Source of the DNA: Mustelus asterias
Lineage: Eukaryota
Assembly: GCF_964213995.1 (NCBI RefSeq)
Contig: NC_135815.1
Coordinates: forward strand, 2,542,001-2,606,000
Direction: 5' to 3'
Length of the DNA: 64,000 nt
In this document: piece after piece, positions 12,340-22,553 of the stretch
How the letters are laid out: every line of letters starts with the position of its first letter
Numbering within the stretch: the first letter of the stretch is position 1
Notes under the pieces: model-generated
Database searches by the model: none
What the model saw: the letters and a program-made list of their open reading frames with translations, nothing else
Told to the model about the DNA's origin: nothing
Made by a program: the position numbers and the translations under genes

Positions 12340-13360
12340 ATGGAGTGCGGTTACAAGTGGTGTACCTCAGGGATCTGTTTTGGGGCCACTGCTGTTTGTA
12401 ATATTTATTAATGATCTGGATGAGGGTATAGTTGGGTGGATTAGCAAATTTGCTGATGACACCAAAGTCGGTGGTGTGGTAGACAGTGAGGAAGGGTGTC
12501 GTAGTTTGCAGGAAGACTTAGACAGGTTGCAAAGTTGGGCCGAGAGGTGGCGGATGGAGTTTAATGCGGAGAAGTGTGAGGTAATTCACTTTGGTAGGAA
12601 TAACAGATGTGTTGAGTATAGGGCTAACGGGAGGACTTTGAATAGTGTGGAGGAGCAGAGGGATCTAGGTGTATGTGTGCATAGATCCCTGAAAGTTGGG
12701 AATCAAGTAGATAAGGTTGTTAAGAAGGCATATGGTGTCTTGGCGTTTATTGGTAGGGGGATTGAATTTAGGAGTCGTAGCGTTATGTTGCAACTGTACA
12801 CAACTCTGGTGCGGCCGCACTTGGAGTACTGTGTGCAGTTCTGGCCCCCACATTACAGGAAGGATGTGGAGGCTTTGGAGAGGGTGCAGAGGAGGTTTAC
12901 CAGGATGTTGCCTGGTATGGAGGGGAGATCCTATGAGGAGAGGCTGAGGGATTTGGGATTGTTTTCGCTGGAAAGGCGGCGGCTAAGAGGGGATCTTATT
13001 GAAACATATAAGATGATTAGAGGTTTAGATAGGGTGGATAGTGATAGCCTTTTTCCTCTGATGGAGAAATCCAGCACGAGGGGGCATGGCTTTAAATTGA
13101 GGGGGGGTAGTTATAGAACCGATGTCAGGGGTAGGTTCTTTACCCAGAGGGTGGTGAGGGATTGGAATGCCCTGCCAGCATCAGTAGTAAATGCGCCTAG
13201 TTTGGGGGCGTTTAAGAGATCCGTAGATAGGTTCATGGACGAAAAGAAATTGGTTTAGGTTGGAGGGTCACAGTTTTTTTTTAACTGGTCGGTGCAACAT
13301 CGTGGGCCGAAGGGCCTGTTCTGCGCTGTAATGTTCTATGTTCTATGTTCTATGTTCTAT
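12340..13360 (+). mobile_element. CR1 3' fragment with open RT C-terminal half
   Basis: ORF 12380..13258 (FADD, RPHLEYC); (TGTTCTA)n tail. Confidence 0.95.
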
Positions 13361-13569
13361 ATGTGCAGCTTGTCTTGTTAACAGCGCAGCTTGCGGTTTA
13401 CCATGCTTATTGAAGTATTGTCATCCTGCAACCTGTGCCTCAGTGATTCACTGCTTTATTTCCTCCTGGTCACTGGGAGGGAGTGTCTTTCTTGACAAAG
13501 TTGTCTTGTATTTTCTTCCATTCAGCAGCTCTGAAGATGATTTCACGTCATTCTTGAGAGATGTAGATT

Positions 13570-13850
13570 GGTTTGATTTGATTTGATTTGATTTATTATT
13601 GTCACATGTATTCGCATACAGTGAAAAGTATTGTTTCCTGCGCGCTATACAGACAAAGCATACCATTCATAGAGAAGGAAAGGAGAGAGTGCAGAATGTA
13701 GTGTTACAGTCATAGCTAGGGTGTAGAGAAAGATCGACTTAATGCAAGATAATCCATTCAAAAGTCTGACAGCAGCAGGGAAGAAGCTGTTCTTGAGTCG
13801 GCTGGTACGTGTCCTCAGACTTTTGTATCTTTTTCTCTACAGAAGAAGGA
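13570..13850 (-). mobile_element. Rex1/Babar-type LINE 3' fragment
   Basis: Reverse complement of the tail seen at 47180-47675 and 61160-61790 (RLKNSFFP, (TCAAA)n). Confidence 0.7.
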
Positions 13851-14122
13851 TTGACAATAAGGCATGATTTGGATCTTCCTTTGTCTCTCAGCTTCTCTTG
13901 ACCATCTGGATGTGTCATTCTCTAAACCCGTGTCCGCTCGGGTAATGGGGTGATGAGATGATAATGTTGGTCACACTGTTCAGAGAATTTCTTAAACTCT
14001 CAGGAGGCGAATTCTGTTCTATTGTCACACATTATACTTTCACAAATCATTTCTCGGTGAACAGAATGCATTCTGCTGAGATGGTTGTTTCAGCTTTCAA
14101 TGTCCTAACAATGTGAGAGGTT

Positions 14123-15922
14123 GTCAAAAGAAAAAGGAGTGGTTTGCACATGTAGATTCAAAGTAACGCACAACAGGTTTATTAAAAGAGATTTTAAACT
14201 GAAACTAAAACAGCGGCCTGTGCAACACCCTCATGACATCACCATCAAATCATGTGATTTTCTAATAAGACATTCATGCAACTACTTAAGTATATAACAT
14301 CCCTCCCCCTTTACTTCTGTGGTCATGACAATAGATTACTTTAATGTTATATATCGGATCAATAATACTCTAGACACAGTCTCTGGAATTCCACTGCCTC
14401 GCTTGTCATGGAATTGGAATGGGTGAGATGTGGACAATGGAAATGTCCATTAGTTTCAGGTGGAAACGTCTGCTCTTGCTCGAGTGAGGCTGCAAATCCC
14501 GCCCGGTATTATACATCATTAATCATTGTGTACAGTCAGTATAAAAGTCAATCTGGAGACACCTACTGCTCTTTGGCTGCATACAAGTTGTTCTTGACCC
14601 GAGGAGTATGATTTGGAATTCCAGTGGACACTTTTTTCTCTTGGAACTAACTCTACCTCATTCTCATGTGGTATAGTAGCAAAGACACCATCGTCAGGCA
14701 ACTCAGATTCAACTAACTCTTCCATAGCACCATTCACAACACCAGAGATGAGAGAAGTTTGTACTTCTGGAGATGATTTGGAGAAATCAGTTCAAGATGA
14801 CAATTGGTCAGCATGGCGATGGCAAACTAGTTCATCTTCAGTTTGAACCGCCTAAGAATCTGCACCTGTTTTTGCTAAACCTATAGCTAGCACTCATTTC
14901 TCACTCATGGCATAATTACCACAAACGTTCCATCTCCTTATTGAAATGTGCGTTGTTTTGCCGTCGCTTCTCATCCAGCAACTTGAGATTGTTGTTGACG
15001 CTCTACTATCTCTGCAGTCTCTGGAGTTAATCCCTGGAGTTTCAGATAAAGCTCGGCACAACATCGTGGGCCGAAGGGCCTGTTCTGTGCTGTACTGTTC
15101 TATGTTCTATGTTTAATAACAAATCAAATGTAGCTCTCAATTTTCTCTTTAAGAGTATTAATGAAGGAAAGCTTTGGGTAGCATGGTGGCACAGTGATTA
15201 GCATTGAGGTCTCACAGCGCTAGGGACCCGGGTTCGATTCTGGCCTCGGGTCACTGCCTGTGTGCCGTTTGCACATCCTCCCCGTGTCTGTGTGGGTTTC
15301 CTCCGGGTGTTCCGGTTTCCTCCCACACTCCAAAGATGTGCGGGTTAGGTTGATTGGCCGTGCTAAATTGCCCCTTAGTGTCAGGGAGATTAGCAGGGTA
15401 AATATATGTGGTTAGGGGGATAGGGCCTGGGTTGGTGCAGACTCGATGGGCCGAGTGGCCTCTTTCTGCACTGTAGGATTCTATGATTGAAGATTGAATT
15501 GCCAGTGCGGGAAGACCAAGTAAGAAAAATCTGTGTGTGTGGTTTTAAAAGAGGGCTTTTGTTTCAGATCAGAGAAGGGTGAGATTCCAGGCTTCTGCTA
15601 TTCAATGTGTGAGGACCCATAATGTTTCTTTCTTCTCCTCAGTATCATTTCTCAATGTTCTCAATGCAACAAAATCCCAACTCAGTACCAATTTTCTTTT
15701 TGCAATGTCCTAACTATGTTAGGGGCTGTGGGTTTTAAACAAAAAGACAATACTTGGTTTGCCCAAGTCGATTAAAGTAACACAAACAGTTTTATTAAAA
15801 GAGATGTTGCCTGTACAGAGGACAAACTGAAACAGCAGCCTGTGCAACACCCTAAAGTCATCACGAATCACTCATGTGACTGAGTCTTAAAGCAATCATG
15901 CAACTACTTAAATATATAACAT
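14123..15922 (-). mobile_element. Old, deleted Gypsy-like LTR element with two diverged LTR-like repeats
   Basis: Related repeats at ~14123-14299 and ~15715-15922, both ending TATATAACA; polypurine tract at 14300-14312 on the minus strand; integrase-like remnant RKLRATFDL near 15120-15147. Confidence 0.55.
15177..15490 (+). mobile_element. tRNA-derived V-SINE (HE1-like)
   Basis: A box TGGCACAGTG, B box GGTTCGATTC, V-domain core GTGTCTGTGTGGGTTTCCTCCGGG. Confidence 0.85.
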
Positions 15923-16116
15923 AACTCTCAAATCCTTCACTTGGCAGATAAAGGGGAACTTTGAGTAATGGTCTCCTATTGTGAGATCGCATTCTTGATT
16001 GATCGTGTGTGGGGAAAACAGCTCCCACAGTAAGCCATGGTCTGGCTAGTTCATTGACTATTATTTCCTTCTGCTCTGTATTTCTATACTTCTGGCATAA
16101 CTGCATGTGGACCGTG

Positions 16117-16277
16117 GCCAGAATTCTCCCGCCGTTCACGCCGGTGGGATTTTCCAGTCCCACTGGCAGTGCACTCCTGCCCGAGGGTTTCCTATTCACA
16201 GCGGCGGGACAGAGAACCCTGCTGCTATCAAACAATGCGCCACCTCCCACCAGCGGGAGGCTGGAGAATCTTGCCCC
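16117..16277. mobile_element. Short MITE-like element
   Basis: Imperfect TIRs GGCCAGAATTCTCC / GGAGAATCTTGCCC; related element at 19537-19740. Confidence 0.55.
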
Positions 16278-16774
16278 ATATTTTCAATGTCTTTGTAGAT
16301 GCTGTTAGAATGTAACCACTGACAACTTTGTATTGGATGTAATGTGACCAATGATAACAAGCTGTATGAGTCAGCTGACCCAGCAAACCATGGAACCAAT
16401 TACAGAATGATGTGATGGTCAGCTGACCAACTGACTCAACTATAAATAAGAACCTGTTGGGAATTGAGGGAAATTTGATTGGCTCAGAGCAAGGCCGCAT
16501 GTTTGGAGTCATGAAATTTATTTATTAAACCCTTTCTTTGATTTATAATTTGGAGTAAGTTTTGTTCTATTTTTGTTGTCTGCATTTGAAGAATTCCTCC
16601 TGAAGAAACAGATGCCTATCCAGTCCCCAGCTAATCTGGCTCTGAGCTGCCCCATTCCCATGCGGCCTTTTGTATATCTTCTGGAGAAGATTTTCTCATA
16701 TGGTTTTGGGTTTGATTATGCTGGATCTGGCTAACAGAACACCATCTTCCTGTGAGATGTCATCTCTGATGTAC

Positions 16775-17570
16775 ATCTCATATGAGGAGAGATTTAGTCA
16801 GTTAGAATTATGTTCACTGGAGTTTAGAAGAGTGAGAGGGGATCTCATAGAAAGTTATAACATTCTAACAGGGTTAGAGAGGGTAATCACAGAAACCCGA
16901 CAGTGCAGAAAGAGGCCATTTGGCCCATCGAGTCTGCACCGATCACAATCCCACCCAGGCCCTACCCCCATATCCCTACATATTTACCCGCTAATCCCTC
17001 TAACTTACACATCCCAGGACACTAAGGGGCAATTTTAGCATGGCCAATCAACTTAACCCGCACATCTTTGGACTGTGGGAGGAAACCAGAGCACTCGGAG
17101 GAAACCCACGCAGACACGAGGAGAATGTGCAATACTCCACACAGACAGTGACCCAAGCCGGGAATCAAACCCAGCTCCCTGGAGCTGTGAAGCAGCAGTG
17201 CTAACCACTGTGTTACCGTGCCACCCCACGATTCAGAAAGAATGTTCCCAATGGTGGGGGAATCCAGAACTAGGGATCATAGTTTGAGGATAAGGGGTAA
17301 ACCTTTTGAAACTGAGTCGGGGAGAAATTTCTTCACCCAGAGGGTGGTGAATGTGTGGAATTCACTCCCACAGAATGTAACTGAGGCCAAAACTTTGTCT
17401 GATTTCAAGAAGAAATTAGATATAGCTCTTGGGACTAAAGGGATCAAGGGATATGGGAGGAAGGGGGGAATCAGGATATTGAATTTGATGATCAGCCATG
17501 ATCAAAATGAATGGTGGAGCAGGCTCAAAGGGCTGAATGGCCTCCTCCTGCCTCTAGTTTCTATGTTTCT
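16775..17570 (+). mobile_element. CR1 3' fragment with a V-SINE (-) inserted at ~16886-17229
   Basis: SYEERFSQLELCSLEFRRVRGDL...GLERV | DSERMFPMVGESRTR is continuous across the SINE. Confidence 0.85.
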
Positions 17571-18190
17571 ATGACAGCTAATGTGGGATTACCGCTGGTT
17601 TGCTGCATCAGGCCATCACTGGATCATTTACTGAGAGAGTTTCTGCAACTCCACATCTTCACTGCTCCCAGGTCTGATTGGACACAGCTTTGGTGCTGAT
17701 GGATCTTTATATTTGAATCTTTCTTCTCATGTTTCACATGTGAGGAGTTGTGACATCTGCTGTTTGCTATCTGCCAAGCCAGCTTGTGACAGAGACACCG
17801 AGACCAGGTAGAGAAAGGTTATTGCTCAGTGCTCAGTTGCCCAATCTGCTCCAGTGGGAATGATCATTCTCCTCTACAAGCTGCCCCCTCGCCCCCCCCT
17901 CCCCCCTGCTCCCCGGGAACATGGCAATTAAACATGATCAAGTTGAATAATGGGGCAGTCTCGTGGGGCTGAATGACCTACTCTTGTTCCTGTGTTGGGC
18001 TCTTCCTTGTTAATGTTATAACCACACTACTTTAATCTCTCCGATAACCTTTTCCAATTGAAAGAAGATTGATTCTGAGACTATTATCATTATTTTGAGA
18101 CTGAGGTCACATGGTCAGTGTTATTTTGTGGATGTGAGTGTCTATAGCACTGTGTATAATCTGCAGTAATGTGAGATTCTGTGCCCACAG

Positions 18191-18232
18191 GTCAGGCACA
18201 CAGAGGTTGCAGCCAAATCTCACAGGCAGCAG
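18191..18232 (+). CDS. Stalk/hinge mini-exon of the Ig receptor, (S)QAHRGCSQISQAA
   Basis: CCCACAG| 42 bp |GTAACC, phase 1-1, stop-free and in frame with the flanking exons; contains one Cys. Confidence 0.6.
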
Positions 18233-18647
18233 GTAACCCAGTAATATCTCTGGGTCTGCAGTGTTGTTAAAACTCTTACTGTGTTCACCCCAGTCCAACG
18301 CCGGCATCTCCACATCATGACTGCCATCTGCAGAGTGATCCATCAACACTCACTCTGCATTAGCATTCTTCCATTGAATTTATCTCCATCTTGCTAACTA
18401 ATCTGTTTGACATTTCCTCTTCCTATGAGGAGAACTTTACCTTCATCTCTGTTCCCATTGCGCTGCCGTTCCTCAACTCAACCCTTCAATTTCTTTAACA
18501 ATCTTCAGCTTGATAAATTTAGCGATGTCAGTCACATGATACACAACACAAATCCAAAATCATTCTCCTACGTTGTGAGGTTTGTGTGGACGGAGGGAAC
18601 CCTCTTGAACATCTGATGCTCATTTTCCCTCCATCTTTGGAACTGTG

Positions 18648-18975
18648 GGCCAGCACGGTGGCACAGTGGTTAGCACTGCTGCTGCACAGTGCCAGGGACC
18701 CAAGTTCGATTCCCAGCATGGGTCAATGTCTGTTTGGAGTCTGCACGTTCTCCCTGTGTCTGCGTTGGTTTCCTCTGCGTGCTCTGGTTTTGTCCCACAA
18801 TCCAAAGATGTGCGGGTTAGGTGGATTGGCCATGCTAAATTCCCCCTTCGCATCAGGGGGATTAGCTAGAGTAAATGCATGGGGTTTTGGGGATAAGACC
18901 TGGGTGGGATTGTGGTCGGTGCAGACTCGATGGGCCGAATAGCTTCTTCTGCACCTTAGAATTCTATGATTCCAT
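18648..18975 (+). mobile_element. V-SINE (HE1-like)
   Basis: tRNA head with A/B boxes, V core and CR1-like tail. Confidence 0.85.
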
Positions 18976-19237
18976 GATTTACAGCCTCGATCAATCAAAT
19001 TGTCGGGTCAGCAAGAATGCCCAGCAAGTATTCAGTGTGTGGTATCAGACTGAGATTTTACATTCTATACAATCAAACGGAACGCGAGTTACTCTCATTC
19101 TCATTCCAAGTGCTCTGCTCAATCTGACTCCACCCTGATTTTATTTTTCTGTTTTTCCCATTTCAGATTTCATTGCCTGAAGAAAATTGAATTAATTCCC
19201 TGGTCTTTAACCTTAAACATCTGATTTTGTTTCACAG

Positions 19238-19351
19238 TAACAGACCACACTGGGAAGCTGAAGCTTACCTGGACCGTTCTGGGTGCTCTGTCAGGAGTTA
19301 CTGGAACAACTTTACTCACTGGATTCGTACTGTTTAGAACAAAACAATCCT
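19238..19351 (+). CDS. Transmembrane exon of the Ig receptor, (V)TDHTGKLKLTWTVLGALSGVTGTTLLTGFVLFRTKQS
   Basis: Acceptor TTTTGTTTCACAG, phase 1; uncharged ~24-aa segment followed by R-T-K; donor T|GTAGGT keeps phase 1. Confidence 0.65.
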
Positions 19352-19399
19352 GTAGGTGTGACAAAATAATTCAGTTTGTCTCGATTATTCTGTATCGAT

Positions 19400-19850
19400 T
19401 TTTAATTTGTTTATGGGATGTGGACATCATTGAAAAGACCAGCATCAATTGTTAATTTCCCTTGAGGGCAGTTAAGAGTCAACCACATTGTGGTGGGTCT
19501 GGAGTTACAAGTAGGCCAGACCAGGTAAGGACAACAGGGTTGGAATCCTCCGGCCGTTCTGGTGAGCGGGATTCTCCGGTCCGCCCAGTAGCGCTCCCCC
19601 ACTAACGGGTTTCGCAGTGGCGTGGGGTGACACCAATGGGAATTCCCATTGACAGTGGCAGGATCAGAGAATCCCACCACCAGCGAACAGCACACTGCCT
19701 CCTGCCTAGAAACAGGTAGGAAGCCGCAGAATCCCGCCCCAGATTTCCTTCCTTAAAGGACATTAGTGAATGGGATTTTAGTACAAACTGTGATAGTTTT
19801 GTGGTCACCATTACTGAGACAAGCTTCATATTCCAGAGTTTGTTGAATTA
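19400..19850 (-). mobile_element. DeuSINE/SacSINE1-like fragment with an inserted MITE, followed by a short Penelope fold-back (19852-19985)
   Basis: Shares core sequence with 46835-47175. Confidence 0.65.
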
Positions 19851-20191
19851 AGATGATGTGGAGATACCAGCGTTGGACTGGGGTGGGCACAGTAAGGAAT
19901 CTCACAAAACCAGGTTAAATTCCAACAGGTTTTATCCAAAAAAGCCTGTTGGACTTTAACCTAGTGTTGTGAGACTTCTTACTGTTGTTTATTTAAGGAA
20001 TTGGATTTGAAGATAATGGTGGGATTTGTAACCTCATTGGCAGCACTGGTCACGATGTCAATCCTCACTAAATTATCAAAGGACAGAACAAATTGTTTAA
20101 GAACCTGTGAGGAATGAAATGATGCCGTCAGCTGATCAATGTGATGAACATTGTGTTTGATGTTGGTGTGATTTTGTAATTCATTCCACAG

Positions 20192-20244
20192 CAGCTAATG
20201 ATCCAAACACAAGCACAGATTACGAACATATGAGATCCTCACGG
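20192..20244 (+). CDS. Cytoplasmic exon of the Ig receptor, (S)ANDPNTSTDYEHMRSSR
   Basis: Acceptor TTCCACAG, phase 1; donor CGG|GTGGGT; contains YxxM. Confidence 0.55.
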
Positions 20245-20349
20245 GTGGGTTCAGTTGGGTATCGAGGATGTTACTCTCTCGAATGTGATGGTGTGTGTGA
20301 GTTCTTTGACACCGTGGGCTGGATTTTCATTTAGAAACACAGAAACACA

Positions 20350-20640
20350 GGGCCTGATTTTACCATTTTCATTCTGAGGCTGAATCTGGGCGCAATTCAG
20401 ATCCGACTTGGAAATCTGCTCTCAGGCGCCCCCCCCCCCCCCCCATACACACTCAGCCTGCAAAAAAACATCGCGGGTCTGAATCGCACTGTGGGCGGGG
20501 CTTAACGTGCCCGAAACAATCAGAGCTCTGAACTGCGCATGTGCAGTTAGGAAAAGAATTGAAAATGGCGCTCCTGTCGCTCGATCCCGGGCCGCAAAAA
20601 GCGGATAAAGTGGCCCAGGAGCGAAAAGTATCGGTATCGG
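20350..20640 (+). mobile_element. Truncated MITE-family fragment
   Basis: Starts GGGCCTGATTTTACC, similar to the terminus at 36453; GC-rich body. Confidence 0.5.
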
Positions 20641-20649
20641 CCCAGTATC

Positions 20650-21070
20650 GGTCAGAGTGATGTTACTGGCCAGTCTGTAATGGTCAGAGTGATGTTACTG
20701 GCCAGTCTGTAATGGTCAGAAGGACATTACAGACCAGTCTATATCGCTCAGAGTGATGTTACTGGCCAGTCTGTAATGGTCAGAGTGATGTTACTGGCCA
20801 GTCTGTAATGGTCAGAAGGACATTACAGACCAGTCTGTATTGGCCAGAGTGATGTTACTGGCCAGTCTGTAATGGTCAGAGTGATGTTACTGGCCAGTCT
20901 GTAATGGTCAGAAGGACATTACAGACCAGTCTATATCGCTCAGAGTGATGTTACTGGCCAGTCTGTAATGGTCAGTGATGTTACTGGCCAGTCTGTAATG
21001 GTCAGAAGGACATTACAGACCAGTCTATATCACTCAGAGTGATGTTACTGGCCAGTCTGTAATGGTCAGA
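20650..21070. repeat. 32-bp minisatellite with A-A-B higher-order periodicity
   Basis: A = GGTCAGAGTGATGTTACTGGCCAGTCTGTAAT, B = GGTCAGAAGGACATTACAGACCAGTCTATATC. Confidence 0.9.
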
Positions 21071-22553
21071 GGGATGATGCTGTCGGATTTCTCGCTCTAT
21101 CTGGCCCAGCCTCCTGTCTCTCTGAGCCAATTACTGAACCCTGAGTCCTCACCACCTCGAAAACTCAGACAAAATCCAACATTTGTCACACTTTCACAAG
21201 ATTGCTTTTGATAACTGCTTAAGTTTTACTTTGTTCACACAGACAATAAATAAACAGTTGCCAGCTGGACACAGGAGAAACCCTTCAGTGAGATCTTGTT
21301 CTGGGCAATAGAACATATGAGGAACATTCCGAGCCGATGTGATGATACTGTGCCTTTAAGAAATGTATTATAATCATGTTTCTCTGCACAATGTTTATCG
21401 GCACCGTGTTGTCTGCAGCCAGTGTCCTTTAGTGTAACTGAAGCAGTATAATTGTTATCATGCTCATTTGAATCTGAACTAATGCAGAGTCCTGTGATTT
21501 TAATGGTCTCTTTTGGGATTGGAGAGTGGAGCTTGATTGGGGGTGATTGACAAGTCATGTCAGGTGACTGAGGGACGGCTCTCTTTCAAACAGCATTCTC
21601 GTTTTAGTTTTGCTTTCAGAAGCTGCTTGAAGCTCAGAGAAACAGCTTCCCTCTCTCTGGAGTTAGGGTCATTGTTTTGAAGTGGTGATGTGTTGGAAGC
21701 TGCCAGTAACTGGGTTTACCTCTCTGAGGTTGTGCTGTTTTGAGGATATAACCTTCTCTGCAAACTTCTGGCATTTCTATCCATAGGTAGTTACAAAGCT
21801 GAAAATCCAGCATTATGGATATGTGTGGGTGTCACAGGGTAGTTGTCATGGGGGACTTTAACTTTCCAAATATTGATTGGAACTTTGTAGGTCAAATAGT
21901 TCGGATGGGGCAGGTTTTGTGCAGTGTGTGCAGGAGGGTTTCCTGACACAATATGTGGATAGCCCGACAAGAGGTGAGGCCACATTGGATTTGGTACTGG
22001 GAAATAAACCGGGCCAAGTGTTAGGTTTGGTTGTGGGACAGCACTTTGGAGATACTGACCACAATTCGGTGTCTTTTGTTATTGCAATGGAGAGGGATAG
22101 GGCCGTACAGCAGGGCAAGGTTTACAATTGGGGGAGAGGTAATTATGATGCGATTAGGCAAGAATTAGGGGGCATAAGATGGGAACAGAAACTGTCAGGG
22201 AAAGGCACTAATGAAAAGTGGAACTTTTTCAAGGAACAAATACTGGGTGTCCTTGATAGGTATGTCCCTGTCAGGCAGGGAGGAAATGGCCGAGTGAGGG
22301 AACCATGGTTCACAAAAGAGGTGGAATGTCTTGTGAAAAGGAAGAGGGAAGCTTATGTAGGGATGAGGAAACAAGGTTCAGATGGCTCGATTGAGGGTTA
22401 CAAGTTAGCAAGGAATGAGCTGAAAAAGGGGCTTAGGAGAGCTAGGAGGGGACATGAGAAGTCCTTGGCGGGTCGGATCAAGGAAAATCCCAAGGCTTTT
22501 TACTCTTATGCGAGGAATAAAAGAATGACCGGGGTGAGGTTAGGGCCGGTCAA

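Noticed and set aside
12014-13560. Possible minus-strand coding remnant flanking the CR1 at 12340-13360
   Set aside because: Multiple stops and no motif I can recognise; probably a decayed repeat
15177-15250. tRNA genes at SINE heads
   Set aside because: The A/B boxes continue into SINE core sequence; no complete cloverleaf
19352-19361. Alternative TM donor AG|GTGTGA at 19356
   Set aside because: Phase 2 would hit a stop immediately in the next exon, whereas GTAGGT at 19352 preserves the YEHM frame; not excluded without RNA data
20650-21070. CRISPR-like 32-bp repeats
   Set aside because: No unique spacers, no cas genes, eukaryotic context
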